A stretch of DNA of 63,449 nt, filler included, from Gemmatimonadota bacterium (GCA_003697105.1; 7 parts of 7 records of this genome joined end to end with filler, not necessarily neighbours in it), one strand, 5' to 3'; shown: positions 49,647 to 60,940, counted from the first letter of the whole stretch. Notes: a model not told the origin generated them from the sequence alone. Numbers and translations are program-made.

Positions 49647-51422
49647 ATGGCAAAAATTCCCTCAACCCTCATTGATCAAATCCGAGCCCAATCGGATATT
49701 GTGGAAGTTATTGGACAGTATGTTACGCTCAAAAAAGCAGGGCGAAACTATAAAGGATTGTGCCCCTTTCACACCGAAAAAACACCCTCTTTTACGGTCA
49801 GCCCCGACAAAGAGATGTTTTACTGTTTTGGATGCAATACCGGTGGGAATGTCTTTTCGTTTTTGATGCAACATGAGAAGATCGGCTTCACGGACGCCGC
49901 TAAAATCTTGGCAGAGCGGGCAGGGATCACCATTCCCAGTGAGGTATGGCAGGATAAAAGACCCCGCGATGATATGGAAGCCTTGCACGAGGCAAATGCG
50001 TTTGCGGCGCGCTTTTATCATCATCAGTTGGTGGAAACCGCGACCGGCTTAAAAGCCCGGGAATATCTGGGCAAAACACGGGGTTTCAACGAGCACACTT
50101 GGGAGATATTCCAATTAGGTTATGCCCCAGAATCTTGGGATATTCTCCTTAAAAATGCCCAGAAAGCCGGATTTTCGATCCCCATTTTAGAAAAAGCCGG
50201 TTTGATCAAAAAGAGTGAAAAAGGGACGTATTATGATGCCTTTCGGGGTCGCATCATGTTCCCGATTATGCATTCCAACGGGCGCGTCATTGGATTCGGC
50301 GGGCGAATTCTAACCGGCGAGGGTCCCAAATACATCAACACGCCGGAAACTCCAGTCTATAGCAAGCGCCAGAGTTTATACGGGTTAGCCCAATCCAAAT
50401 CTGCCATTGCCGGGAGTAAGCAAGTGATTCTGGTGGAAGGTTACGCGGACGTGATCAGCCTCTATCAGGCAGGAGTCACCAACGTTGCCGCTCCGCTGGG
50501 AACCGCATTTACAGCGGAACAAGCGCGGATTCTGCGGCGTTTAGCCGATCAATGTGTGTTACTGTTCGATTCGGATGTAGCTGGGGAGAACGCCACCCAA
50601 CGCGGCATCGATATTTTACTGGCGGCGGGGTTGGAAGTTCGGGTCGCCCGAATCTTGGATGGCAAAGACCCGGACGAATTTGTGCGTAAGTACCACAAAA
50701 AAGGTATAGATACCCTCTTGACAAATGCTAAAAACGTTTTAGATTATATGGTCGAACATGCGGACACCCGTTCTGCCGAGGCAAAAGCACGCTCCATTGA
50801 ACAGATTCTACACACCTTGGCGCAAATCCCGGACGAAATCCGGATCAGTTTGTACCTATCTCAACTTTCATCCCATTTTGATATTGCAAAAGAAAAGTTG
50901 ATGTCCGCCATTCGGGCGAAGGATAAAACCATCCGGCGGCAGTTGTTGGCTTCCCACCGGCGAACCAGCCAACCCCGGGCGGCATCAATTCCCCCTGCAG
51001 AACTTAAATTGCTGGCGCTTATGCTCACCAACGCAGAACTTTTTGATCAAACCTTCGAACATCTCTACCTGGATGACTTTTCCTCCCCCCAAGTCAAACG
51101 AGTTATTGAACTGGTCTATAAATATCAAGATTGGTCTGCGCCAGAGATCGATCTGCACACCATCCTCAATGAAGAAGCAAACCCTCACTTAAACAGCTTT
51201 CTTTCCAAACTGATCCTACAACAGCAACAAATTGTGGACCCTGAGAAAACCTACATAGATTGTATTCAACAGATTAAAATCCGTCGAATCAACCGGGATT
51301 TAGCCGAATTGCGGCAACAGATGAGTCACTGTACAGATGAACATCAATTGGCTCAACTAAATGCGGATTACAAAGCCTTGAACCTGAAAAAACAGGAAAT
51401 CCGTCAAACTATTATATCTTAA
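49647..51422 (+). CDS. dnaG: DNA primase
   Basis: CPFHTEKTPSF...CFGC zinc finger; KYINTPET; VEGYADV; DSDVAG; KDPDE. Confidence 0.97.
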   Translation: MAKIPSTLIDQIRAQSDIVEVIGQYVTLKKAGRNYKGLCPFHTEKTPSFTVSPDKEMFYCFGCNTGGNVFSFLMQHEKIGFTDAAKILAERAGITIPSEVWQDKRPRDDMEALHEANAFAARFYHHQLVETATGLKAREYLGKTRGFNEHTWEIFQLGYAPESWDILLKNAQKAGFSIPILEKAGLIKKSEKGTYYDAFRGRIMFPIMHSNGRVIGFGGRILTGEGPKYINTPETPVYSKRQSLYGLAQSKSAIAGSKQVILVEGYADVISLYQAGVTNVAAPLGTAFTAEQARILRRLADQCVLLFDSDVAGENATQRGIDILLAAGLEVRVARILDGKDPDEFVRKYHKKGIDTLLTNAKNVLDYMVEHADTRSAEAKARSIEQILHTLAQIPDEIRISLYLSQLSSHFDIAKEKLMSAIRAKDKTIRRQLLASHRRTSQPRAASIPPAELKLLALMLTNAELFDQTFEHLYLDDFSSPQVKRVIELVYKYQDWSAPEIDLHTILNEEANPHLNSFLSKLILQQQQIVDPEKTYIDCIQQIKIRRINRDLAELRQQMSHCTDEHQLAQLNADYKALNLKKQEIRQTIIS

Positions 51423-51497
51423 AGGAGGCAAGGTCATTACAATGTTGCTTCCATGCGCTCGTTTAATCATTCAATCGATCTTGGGAAGGGAGAGAGA

Positions 51498-53249
51498 ATG
51501 GAGACTCCAATTCAGGAATGTTTAGAAGCGATCATCACGGATGCCAAAAATGCGGGGAAAATCTCATACGATGAGATCAATAACCGCCTTCCAGAAATGC
51601 CTCCGGAAGAATACGTGGGTCACATGGAACACCTGATGACGCAGTTGTTTAAGTTTGAAGTAAAATTGATCGATGAGGAAGCATTACCTCCCGAACTGCG
51701 CAAATTTAATGGCAAAAACGGCAAACACCCTAGCAGTAAACGGAATAAACAGGCAAAGAAAACACCCCCAGAACGGTACCAAGCGCGGTGTGATGACCCC
51801 ATCCGAATGTATCTCAAAGAGATGGGACGGGTGCCGTTATTGACCCGGGAAGGGGAAATTGAGCTATCCCAGCGGATTGAAGAGGGGCAACAGCAGATTA
51901 AACATCTGGTGTTTCAATCATTGACCTCGATTAAAGACCTCAAATTAATCCGCAAACGCTTGCAAGCGGGGTCTGCCAAAATTGAACGCATTATGCAGTT
52001 AGATTGTGAAATGGCGCCCAATACCATCAGCCAAAAAGAAAAACAAGAAGCGTATGAACGGTTTGACCTGCTGGTTGAAACCGGTGAGATGCTGCAACAG
52101 CTACACAGCCTTAAACGAGCTAAAGCCGCCGATATCCAACAAGTAAAACAACAATTTAAGGCACAATTGGATACGATTGATCTACAACCCCGCGTTATTA
52201 ACCGGTTGATCAAAAAACTCAATGAGTTACTCACACTGTGGGAAGACACAAAAGCGGAAATTAAAGATGTCGAAGCAAAAGTGGGATTGTCCCAAAATCG
52301 AATCTTAACATACACCAAAGAGTTACGCCGGGCGGAGAATGACGAACTTACGATTGAAGCAATTGAAGAAAAATGCGGTTGTAGCCGGTATGTGCTGGCG
52401 GAGGGCGCCAATGAAATCAAAGAAATCCGGTCTCGGCTGCGCTTTTTTGAGAAAGAATCGGGATTGACCCATACCAAACTGAGTGAATTGGTTGCCGAAA
52501 TTTCCCGTTGCGAACAGCAAGTGGAACGGGCAAAAAAAGAGATGATCGAAGCCAACGTCCGGCTGGTGATTAGTATTGCCAAACGTTATACCAATCGCGG
52601 CTTGGAATTTCTGGATTTGATTCAAGAAGGCAACAGCGGCTTGATGCGTGCGGTGGAAAAATTTGACTACAAAAAAGGCTATAAATTCAGTACGTATGCC
52701 ACGTGGTGGATCCGCCAAGCCATTACCCGAGCCATCGCGGATCAATCCCGAACGATCCGCGTGCCCGTACACATGATCGAAGCGATCAATAAAGTCGTTA
52801 AAACATCACGAAAATTGTTGCAGGAATATGGACGGGACCCCTCACCGGAAGAAATTGCCGCCTATCTGGAACTACCCGTGGAAAAGGTCAAAAGTGTGCT
52901 TTCTGTCGCGCAAGAACCCATCTCGCTGGATAAACCGATTGGCGAAGATGAAGAAAGTCATTTGGCAGATTTCATTGAGGACGAACGCGTGGTTTCCCCA
53001 GCACATGCCGCCGCCTTTGCCATGCTTCGGGAGCGAATGGAAAAAATATTGGGTACCTTGACAAAGCGTGAAGAGCGGGTCATCCGGTTGCGATTTGGCA
53101 TCGGTGACGGGTGCCCCCGAACTTTAGAAGAAGTCGGAAATATCTTTAATGTCACGCGGGAACGTGTTCGGCAAATTGAGGCAAAAGCGCTACGAAAACT
53201 CCGCCACCCCAGCCGCAGCCGAAAATTACAAGGATATATTGAAATTTAA
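51498..53249 (+). CDS. rpoD: Primary RNA polymerase sigma factor
   Basis: [45 protein letters not shown]...RERVRQIE; follows dnaG. Confidence 0.97.
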   Translation: METPIQECLEAIITDAKNAGKISYDEINNRLPEMPPEEYVGHMEHLMTQLFKFEVKLIDEEALPPELRKFNGKNGKHPSSKRNKQAKKTPPERYQARCDDPIRMYLKEMGRVPLLTREGEIELSQRIEEGQQQIKHLVFQSLTSIKDLKLIRKRLQAGSAKIERIMQLDCEMAPNTISQKEKQEAYERFDLLVETGEMLQQLHSLKRAKAADIQQVKQQFKAQLDTIDLQPRVINRLIKKLNELLTLWEDTKAEIKDVEAKVGLSQNRILTYTKELRRAENDELTIEAIEEKCGCSRYVLAEGANEIKEIRSRLRFFEKESGLTHTKLSELVAEISRCEQQVERAKKEMIEANVRLVISIAKRYTNRGLEFLDLIQEGNSGLMRAVEKFDYKKGYKFSTYATWWIRQAITRAIADQSRTIRVPVHMIEAINKVVKTSRKLLQEYGRDPSPEEIAAYLELPVEKVKSVLSVAQEPISLDKPIGEDEESHLADFIEDERVVSPAHAAAFAMLRERMEKILGTLTKREERVIRLRFGIGDGCPRTLEEVGNIFNVTRERVRQIEAKALRKLRHPSRSRKLQGYIEI

Positions 53250-53277
53250 AACTGTGGCGTTCCTCCCCAATATTAAA

Positions 53278-53313
53278 ATCCCCCCTCTTTTCCAACCACA
53301 AAAGAGGGGGGAT
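53278..53313. terminator. Hairpin downstream of rpoD
   Basis: ATCCCCCCTCTTTT-N8-AAAAGAGGGGGGAT. Confidence 0.6.
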
Positions 53314-53500
53314 AACGATAATATTACCGGAATTGCGCATTGGTGGATACATGAGCTAGAAACTACCATCCAACCTGTTTTGGAGGAATTAGTACGTCTC
53401 AATCTCATCTCCACCAATGGAGATTATTCTTTTATCACTTCCCACCAACTTTTCCGCATACCCGATTACCTTAATCTATTGGGGCATTACTCAGAACCCA

Positions 53501-55174
53501 CTATGGCACAAGGTATTGCCGGCGATACCAATTCGTCCGATCATCTTTATACACCCGCTCATCTGTCCAACCTCGCAAAATAAACTCTGGCATAAAAACG
53601 GTCGCCGGTTTCGGGCTCAGATGAAGCATCACACCGGATCGAGCACCGTAGAAATCCGCGACAAATCCCCATTCAATACCGGCTGGGTCTAACCCTAGCG
53701 CATACAATTGGTAATCAGCCTGATTTTTGTACGCCAATGCTTTTAACAACGCCACATACGTACGGCTTAAACGAGCGGTATCCGTATATCCACGCGAAAA
53801 ATCATCCAACGGCATCAAAAATTCGTTTATTTCAGGCTCTACTTTACGAAATACGTCTGGAAAACGGCTTAACCGCTGGCGGACATACCACGGGCGATTT
53901 TGAAACAGTTGGAGGTCAACCATCACTACTTCGGGACGGCGGCGCTCAATCCGTTGTTGGTAGAGTAACGGGGAATAGGCGTCCCACACACGAGTGAGTA
54001 CTATTGATTTCTGTGGGGCGGAGCGCAGCAAATTCAATCCAAAATCGTACGCAAAATAATAACGATGCATATCACATGTTCGGAAATTTAGAAACAATGG
54101 AATCAAAAATAAACAGATTGAACTGGCGGTAATCAGCCGCTTGACCCACATACGGGAGGTCACTTGCTGGAGATGTTGAGTCACCCACTGGATGGCAAAC
54201 CCGATCCCAAAAATCAACACGATAAACGACGGCAAATAATAGGGATCAATATCAGGGATACTGTAATTGAGGGTATAGCCGACATCAAAAACCAGTAATA
54301 CCAATAAAAAGACCGTAAATTTACGCTGTTCGAAAAATCCGATACCCAACCCAAGCAGTGCCAACAATAACAATGCTATCGAAAATTGGTGGCCTACCAA
54401 TTGAAGATACTCACCAAACCGGGCGATAAGTGCTTCCAAATTCTCGGAAAACATCCACACTTGATATTGTTTACCGGAGATATGATCCAACAAGCGGCGA
54501 AGCGTAACGGGATCACCCCAGTTCAAAAAGGGGTCTTGTCCTGCCCGGAGGGGCAAATATAGATAAAGCGATAATCCCAACCCAAACAGGATAATGCCTG
54601 ACCCAATCCATTTTAAGTTATGTAACAACCCTCGCCGCCGGTAAAATAGGAGATATAAGACCGCCGGCACCGAAAAAATAATGCTTAAATGATTGGTAAA
54701 AGCAAGACCGTATAAAAATGAAAACAAAAGAAAAAATCGACCTTCACCGGTTCGGTCAAACTGGCGTAAAAGCATCATCAACCCAATAAGGAAAACCGCT
54801 GTTAGGATGTAAACTTCATTCGCCACAGCCTGTTGCCAGTATGTCCGGGAAAAGGCGAGAATCAGAGCGGTTGCGAACGCGGAAAACGTACAGTTTAAGA
54901 TGCTCCGCACCAGTACAAAAAACAACAGTACCCCAATAGTTGCTAGGATTGCAGAAAGGAGATTGAGGCGATACGCCACGCTACCCAGTGGAATCACGGA
55001 AAACAGTCGTCCCACCAACGTATACAAGGGATAACCTGTGGGATGGGCAACACCTAACTCCGCACAGACGGTTGCCAGTTCCCCACTATCAATCATTGTA
55101 ATTGTAGGAGCAAGGGTAAACAGATAACCGGAAAAAACCACCAGAAAAAGTATAATTGGAGCAAAATACCGCAT
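53501..55174 (-). CDS. DUF2723 membrane protein (GT-C-like, TMEM260-like)
   Basis: TLAPTITMIDSGEL...LGVAHPTGYPLY; QAVANEVY; LYLPLRA...NWGDP. Confidence 0.85.
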   Translation of the reverse strand: MRYFAPIILFLVVFSGYLFTLAPTITMIDSGELATVCAELGVAHPTGYPLYTLVGRLFSVIPLGSVAYRLNLLSAILATIGVLLFFVLVRSILNCTFSAFATALILAFSRTYWQQAVANEVYILTAVFLIGLMMLLRQFDRTGEGRFFLLFSFLYGLAFTNHLSIIFSVPAVLYLLFYRRRGLLHNLKWIGSGIILFGLGLSLYLYLPLRAGQDPFLNWGDPVTLRRLLDHISGKQYQVWMFSENLEALIARFGEYLQLVGHQFSIALLLLALLGLGIGFFEQRKFTVFLLVLLVFDVGYTLNYSIPDIDPYYLPSFIVLIFGIGFAIQWVTQHLQQVTSRMWVKRLITASSICLFLIPLFLNFRTCDMHRYYFAYDFGLNLLRSAPQKSIVLTRVWDAYSPLLYQQRIERRRPEVVMVDLQLFQNRPWYVRQRLSRFPDVFRKVEPEINEFLMPLDDFSRGYTDTARLSRTYVALLKALAYKNQADYQLYALGLDPAGIEWGFVADFYGARSGVMLHLSPKPATVFMPEFILRGWTDERVYKDDRTNWYRRQYLVP

Positions 55175-55260
55175 GATCGAACATTGATCTTTAGCATGGA
55201 AAAAGATATATTACAGAACATTCGCGCCAGATAATACATGAAATTCAATGTGAAGGCAAT

Positions 55261-55941
55261 ATGAATATTCCTACCATTCTAGCAGAGGTATTCCTTTTTC
55301 AATCCCTCTCTACAGAACAATGCCAAACCCTTGCCACCCATTGCCACATCCAAACCTACAAAAAAGGGGCACATCTTTTTTCGGAGGGTGATCCGGGAAA
55401 AGCTTTTTATCTAATTGTGTCTGGACGGGTCAAAATATACCGGATATCCCCGGACGGCATGGAGCACACCATACAAATTGTTGGGAAACAGGAAATTGTG
55501 GCAGAAGTTGTCATCTCGGAATTCCAAACTTACCCCGCAAATTGTGAAGCCTTAGAGCACACCACCGCCTTGGAGATACCCACGCACCACTTCCGCCAGT
55601 TTATTCTGGCGGAACCAGAAATCGCCCTGAAAATGATGAGCGCTTATGCCCATCGCGTACGTCATTTACTCGCCGTTATAGAAGATTTAACGTTTCGGGA
55701 TGTCAAAGCTCGCTTAGCACGGTATATCTTACAACATTGCCACTCCAACAATTGTAGCCAAGACCAAATTTGCCAGTTACACTATTCCAAAAAAGAATTG
55801 GCGGCACTGCTGGGCACCATTCCTGAAACCCTCTCCCGAACCCTGCAAAAATTCAAAGAAATGGGCCTTATTGAAGTCGATAACCGGGCAATTATTATCA
55901 AGGATATAAACCAATTACAAGCGCTGGCGGAACCATTCTAA
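55261..55941 (+). CDS. Crp/Fnr family transcriptional regulator
   Basis: LFSEGD...SGRVKIY cNMP-binding domain; ELAALLGTIPETLSRTL HTH. Confidence 0.93.
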   Translation: MNIPTILAEVFLFQSLSTEQCQTLATHCHIQTYKKGAHLFSEGDPGKAFYLIVSGRVKIYRISPDGMEHTIQIVGKQEIVAEVVISEFQTYPANCEALEHTTALEIPTHHFRQFILAEPEIALKMMSAYAHRVRHLLAVIEDLTFRDVKARLARYILQHCHSNNCSQDQICQLHYSKKELAALLGTIPETLSRTLQKFKEMGLIEVDNRAIIIKDINQLQALAEPF

Positions 55942-56132
55942 AACAGGGCATTCACGCCCTACTGGTGCGTTACCCATGGAGTAATGATGACACCGGTACC
56001 CGATCATTTAAACCGGTAAGAGTTTGATAATATTAAGGTTACCGGCATAGGTCATGTTGGTAACGGATTTGCTATTTCATCCCATGTTCACTTATAATAT
56101 TAGGGTAGCTCATCTGGAAAGGATAGTATCGT

Positions 56133-56276
56133 ATGTATATTTTAGAAAAAATCAAAGCCCCCGGTGCCCATCTTTGGGTTGGAGGCTCCGAAACGGATTT
56201 AAGTTCGTTGATTTTCTCCTTTGCCGGAATATTGGATACCGCCAATGCAGAACATATTTTTATTGAAAACCGGCAT
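56133..56276 (+). CDS. Hypothetical protein, truncated by contig end
   Basis: ORF with GAAAGGA RBS running into the linker; no recognisable motif. Confidence 0.35.
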
Positions 56277-56376
56277 NNNNNNNNNNNNNNNNNNNNNNNN
56301 NNNNNNNNNNNNNNNNNNNNTTAATTAATTAANNNNNNNNNNNNNNNNNNNNNNNNNNNNNNNNNNNNNNNNNNNN

Positions 56377-56473
56377 TCTTGCTAATTTGGTTAGTATGAA
56401 AAGGGTTATCCCATTATTTAACACAAAAATACCGACCTAAAAAGAAAATTCTCACAGGTCAGGTGATAAGACA
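56377..56473 (-). mobile_element. End of the same multicopy IS as at 29383-29479, inserted in intI
   Basis: 97-bp exact repeat; the junction falls directly before intI codons TVQELLGH. Confidence 0.75.
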
Positions 56474-56589
56474 GTACCGTGCAGGAATTACTCGGGCATA
56501 AAAATGTCAAGACCACCATGATCTATACCCATGTGATGAATAAAGGCGGGTTAGGGGTGCAGAGCCCGCTGGATTTCCCGGTAAAATAA
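56474..56589 (+). pseudogene. intI: 3' fragment of an integron integrase, interrupted by an IS
   Basis: Frame from 56476 reads [37 protein letters not shown], the IntI box II with catalytic Tyr and the characteristic SPLD tail. Confidence 0.88.
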
Positions 56590-56593
56590 GAAC

Positions 56594-56622
56594 TTGACCC
56601 CTTCCGGCTTTCCACGTATAAT
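56594..56622 (+). promoter_or_regulatory. sigma70 promoter upstream of the propeller-SpoIIE gene
   Basis: TTGACC followed at consensus-like spacing by TATAAT. Confidence 0.5.
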
Positions 56623-56838
56623 CCGACCATGATATTCCTCATTCAATTATGTCATTCCACAGAGGTATATAACTACGCAGTCCATTCCGTTCTTCGCGGT
56701 TCTATTGAAGATTAGGGTGCCGGTCGCGAGATAAAGGCTCCGGTGGCGGATCGATGTTATTTCAAGCCTAATAGGTGGTCAGGAAGCAAGCGTCTAGGCG
56801 GGTTACACCTAATTTTTTGATGGGCATCCCGTAAATTT

Positions 56839-59800
56839 ATGTTCAAGGTACCTATGAAACAAATCCTGGTGTTCTTGCTCTTCTGGACGATGATCCCGCC
56901 GCTTTTTGCCGGATCACTCCGGTTCAATCCGATTTCCGTTGGTGACGGGCTATCCCACAGTACGGTCTATTCGATGTGGCAAGACCAACAAGGGTTTATG
57001 TGGATCGGGACCCAAGATGGTTTGAACAAATACGATGGCTATGGTTTTACGATTTATCGCTACGACCCGTTGGACTCCACCTCGTTAGCCAGCAGTAATA
57101 TCAGTTCCTTGACCCAAACGACTGATGGTATGATCTGGATCGGGTCTTGGGGCGCGGGGTTGGTTGAATTCGACCCCTACCGCGAGGTCTCCCGGGCATA
57201 CCGGCACGACCCGAACGATCCGGCAAGCCTCAGTAATAACCGTGCTCAAGTGGTTTTTACGGATCGCAACGGCACCATTTGGGTCGGTACGGCGGGTGGG
57301 GGGCTTAATCGTTTTCAACGGGATTCTGGCACGTTCGTCCGGTATCTACATGACCCGGCAGATTCACTCAGCCTGAGCCATAACCGCATCTGGTCTATCG
57401 ATGAAGACCCGGCGGGCAATCTCTGGATTGGTACAGATGATGGTTTAAACCGCTTTGACCCCCAAACAGAGACCTTCCAGACATTTAAGCATGACCCCGC
57501 GCAGCCCCAAAGTTTGAGCCATAGCCGTATCCGCACGCTCAAGGTGGTTTCCGAAACCGAAATATGGGTGGGGACCCAAGCCGGGCTGAATCGCTTTAAT
57601 CCACTTAGTGGCATCGCCACTCACTACCGCCACCAACCGGATGACCCAAATAGCCTCAGTGGAGACGTGATTACGGCGCTCTACCCCCACCATGCTTCCG
57701 GTACGGTGTGGGTGGGTACCACCAATAATGGACTCAACCGGTTAGACCCCCAAACCGGCAGGGTGTCTCGCTATCAAAATGACCCGCGCGATCCGCACAG
57801 CCTGAGCCATAACAATGTACGGGCGATTTACGAAGACCGTGCTGGCATGTTCTGGGTGGCGACTCGGCGCGGTGGTGTCAACACCTTTCGCTTAGTACCG
57901 GAGCGATTTCAAACCTGGCAACATGATCCGCTCAACCCCAATAGCCTGAGCGACGATATTATCTGGTCTATTTATGAAGATCGAGAGGGTATCCTCTGGA
58001 TTGGCACCGGCGACGGGGGTCTAAACCGCTGGGACCGGAAACACCAGCAATTTACCCATTACCAACACGACCCGGCAGACCCTACGACCCTCAACCAAAA
58101 CGATGTACGCGCCATTTTCGAGGACCGCTTCGGCGCCTTGTGGATCGGTACAGATGATGGCGGTTTGAATCGCTTAGACCGCCAGCGTGGCACCTTTACC
58201 CATTATGAACCGAATCCAGACCAACCCGGGTCCCTTTCCAACAAAGATGTCACCTGCATTTACGAGGACCAATTCGGTCTGCTGTGGATCGGTACGGATG
58301 GTGGCGGGCTAAATCGCTGGGATCGCGCCACCAATACCTTTATTCATTACCGCCACGACCCACGAAACCCCCACAGTTTAAGCGATGATCTGGTCTGGTT
58401 AATCTATGAAACCATGTCCGGTGATCTCTGGATCGGCACTGGGGATGGTCTCAACCGGTTAGACCGTGAAACCGGCACCTTTGAGGTTTTCCACCAACGG
58501 CAGGAAACCCCGCAACCCTCCCCGCTGTATCTCATCAATGACAACATCCGCGCCATGTACGAAGCACCGGATGGCGTCCTCTGGATTGGCACCTCCGGGG
58601 GCGGTCTGCATCAGTGGGATCGTACCCGCCAAAAGACACAATATTACACCACCAATGATGGCTTACCTAGCAATGTGATTAACAGCATCTTACCGGATGA
58701 AAATGGCAATCTCTGGCTGAGTACCAATCAAGGTTTGTCCCAATTTGACCCGCTCGCGGAATCGTTCCGCAATTTTGATGTTCACGATGGGCTGCAAAGC
58801 AATGTGTTCAATCCGGGAGCCGGTCTCAAAACCCGGCAGGGGACGTTATTTTTTGGAGGGATTCACGGCTTAAATGAGTTTGATGCCAAAAACATTCATA
58901 ACAATTCATACATCCCGCCGGTCGTTATCACCTCGATCAAACGCTTCGATCAGGAATTACCGGTAGAACCGCCCTTGCCGCTGGCAAACCAAATTCGTCT
59001 GCCGTTTCATCACAACTTTTTTTCGTTGGAATTTGCCGGATTGAACTTTATCCAATCCGCAAAAAACCGGTATGTGTACCGGTTGGAAGGATTTGATGTC
59101 AATTGGGTGCGGGCAGGCACGCGGCGCTACGCCAATTATACCAATGTACCCCCCGGAACATATCATTTTCGGGTGCGTGCCGCCAACAATGACGGCGTAT
59201 GGAATACGGAAGGGGCGTCTCTGACCATCCTCATTGACCCCCCGTTTTGGCAGACTTGGTGGTTTTATTATTTGGAAGGTATCGTCGGCATCATGGTGCT
59301 CAGCCTCGTGATTTGGAGTGTCTCACGCTATACCCAAAATCGATTTGAGAATAACCGGCGGAGTCAAGAACTCTCCTACGCCCGCCAAGTGCAATTTTCC
59401 ATGCTCCCCAAATCGGATTTATATCACGAGACAGTTGAAGTGGTGGGGAAAATGATTACCGCAACCGAGGTCGGCGGGGATTACTACGATTTTATCGAAC
59501 TGGAAGATGACCAATATTGCCTTGCTCTGGGAGATGCCGCCGGACACGGCGCCGCCTCAGGACTGTTAGTGGGAATGACCAAAGTCTCGGTCATTCAAGC
59601 AATTAAAACCCGGAAAAGACATATCACCTTAGAACACTTTATGGAGCAATTCAACGCCGCCTTAAAAGCCTCCAATTTACAACGCGGCATGTGCATGAGC
59701 CTCCTTTTAGCCGTGATAGACACCCGCCACCGGCGATTGAAGGTCGCCTCCAGCGGAATGCCCTACCCATACTACTACCGTAAAGCAGAAGACCGCTTGT

Positions 59801-60105
59801 TACCCTTGACCATTAAAGGACCACCGCTCGGGCTGTTAACAAATATTCAGGTACAAAGCCGCACAATCCTGCTAGAACCGGGAGATTTTGTGATTTTCCT
59901 AACCGATGGCTTCATGGAGCGTCTGAACCTGCAAGGCCATATTTGGACGCATGAAGCCGTTGAAAAAGCACTGCACCACATCTGCCGGGGAGAAACCAGC
60001 GCCGCCAACGTCGCCCAACGGCTGGTTGATGCCTGTAACCAATTTGCCAATGGACGCGAACCAGAAGACGATTTGACCGCGGTGGTGCTATACGTAAAGT
60101 CCTAA
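56839..60105 (+). CDS. Membrane sensor: Reg_prop beta-propellers + Y_Y_Y + TM + SpoIIE (PP2C) phosphatase
   Basis: Many SLS.N....IYEDR.G.LWIGT..GGLNR repeats; YVYRLEGFD...YTNVPPGTY; VGGDYYDF, GDAAGHG, TDG, DDLT. Confidence 0.92.
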   Translation: MFKVPMKQILVFLLFWTMIPPLFAGSLRFNPISVGDGLSHSTVYSMWQDQQGFMWIGTQDGLNKYDGYGFTIYRYDPLDSTSLASSNISSLTQTTDGMIWIGSWGAGLVEFDPYREVSRAYRHDPNDPASLSNNRAQVVFTDRNGTIWVGTAGGGLNRFQRDSGTFVRYLHDPADSLSLSHNRIWSIDEDPAGNLWIGTDDGLNRFDPQTETFQTFKHDPAQPQSLSHSRIRTLKVVSETEIWVGTQAGLNRFNPLSGIATHYRHQPDDPNSLSGDVITALYPHHASGTVWVGTTNNGLNRLDPQTGRVSRYQNDPRDPHSLSHNNVRAIYEDRAGMFWVATRRGGVNTFRLVPERFQTWQHDPLNPNSLSDDIIWSIYEDREGILWIGTGDGGLNRWDRKHQQFTHYQHDPADPTTLNQNDVRAIFEDRFGALWIGTDDGGLNRLDRQRGTFTHYEPNPDQPGSLSNKDVTCIYEDQFGLLWIGTDGGGLNRWDRATNTFIHYRHDPRNPHSLSDDLVWLIYETMSGDLWIGTGDGLNRLDRETGTFEVFHQRQETPQPSPLYLINDNIRAMYEAPDGVLWIGTSGGGLHQWDRTRQKTQYYTTNDGLPSNVINSILPDENGNLWLSTNQGLSQFDPLAESFRNFDVHDGLQSNVFNPGAGLKTRQGTLFFGGIHGLNEFDAKNIHNNSYIPPVVITSIKRFDQELPVEPPLPLANQIRLPFHHNFFSLEFAGLNFIQSAKNRYVYRLEGFDVNWVRAGTRRYANYTNVPPGTYHFRVRAANNDGVWNTEGASLTILIDPPFWQTWWFYYLEGIVGIMVLSLVIWSVSRYTQNRFENNRRSQELSYARQVQFSMLPKSDLYHETVEVVGKMITATEVGGDYYDFIELEDDQYCLALGDAAGHGAASGLLVGMTKVSVIQAIKTRKRHITLEHFMEQFNAALKASNLQRGMCMSLLLAVIDTRHRRLKVASSGMPYPYYYRKAEDRLLPLTIKGPPLGLLTNIQVQSRTILLEPGDFVIFLTDGFMERLNLQGHIWTHEAVEKALHHICRGETSAANVAQRLVDACNQFANGREPEDDLTAVVLYVKS

Positions 60106-60154
60106 GAAAACAGACGTTCCCGTAGGACTCCGTATTCATAAGTAAGCGTGTTGC

Positions 60155-60712
60155 CTACCGGAAAAGGCGGTCCACAATAATAGAGACCGCACTCCGCACC
60201 GAAAGATGATTATATCCCGTACCGGTATCGACCGGCTCCAAAACATAATCTGCCTGTTGCACAAACTCGGGGGGCATCCCCCACGCTTTACCAAACAGGA
60301 GGACAACCGGTTGGTGACTCTCAAGGAGATGAGTCACTTCCGCAAACGTGATGGTTTGCGGATAGCGTTTGGCACTGGTGGCAATAATCAGCGGTGTTTT
60401 GCCTCGTTCCGCCACTACTTCATGAATAATTTCGGGCACACCGGCGGCAACGCGCGTTTTGGAAAAAACCCGGTTCCGCTTTACATCCTGTTCGCGAGCA
60501 CTACCATGCCGGAGCAAATGGCGCGCAAACTCACGCTGTGACGCCAGTGGGTTGACAATGTAAAACGCTTGTAACGGGTAGGTGAGCGATACCCGAGACA
60601 TATCAAAAAAGTCAAAATACTCGACCGTTGCCGTTATAATATCCCCATGCCGATTCACCGCCGGATAGTGCATCAGAGCTAAATAGAGGGGTTTAAGGGG
60701 TTGAGAATACAT
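60155..60712 (-). CDS. SPOUT-class RNA methyltransferase
   Basis: LYLALMHYP; LLFGKAWG...ADYVLEPV...YNHLSVRSAVSIIVDRL. Confidence 0.82.
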   Translation of the reverse strand: MYSQPLKPLYLALMHYPAVNRHGDIITATVEYFDFFDMSRVSLTYPLQAFYIVNPLASQREFARHLLRHGSAREQDVKRNRVFSKTRVAAGVPEIIHEVVAERGKTPLIIATSAKRYPQTITFAEVTHLLESHQPVVLLFGKAWGMPPEFVQQADYVLEPVDTGTGYNHLSVRSAVSIIVDRLFR

Positions 60713-60940
60713 TAGAACCTCATATGAAATCCGCAGATACGATCAATACCTTCGCCAAAAGTGACCTTTTAGGCTGTATGAATAGCGCCAATTCCGGCGA
60801 GATGGTTTTTGATTTGTTGAATTAAAATTGGGTGAGCCAANNNNNNNNNNNNNNNNNNNNNNNNNNNNNNNNNNNNNNNNNNNNTTAATTAATTAANNNN
60901 NNNNNNNNNNNNNNNNNNNNNNNNNNNNNNNNNNNNNNNN

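Noticed and set aside
53149-53692. ORFs overlapping the ends of rpoD and the DUF2723 gene
   Set aside because: Overlap confident genes, cross a terminator hairpin and have no recognisable motifs
56700-56815. Partial resemblance to cobalamin, ykkC or c-di-GMP riboswitches
   Set aside because: Core conserved motifs of each family are missing; kept only as an unassigned structured leader
56900-58900. Regular ~130-150 nt periodicity that could suggest a repeat array or CRISPR
   Set aside because: Explained by protein-level Reg_prop propeller blades; nucleotide copies are degenerate and lie within one ORF
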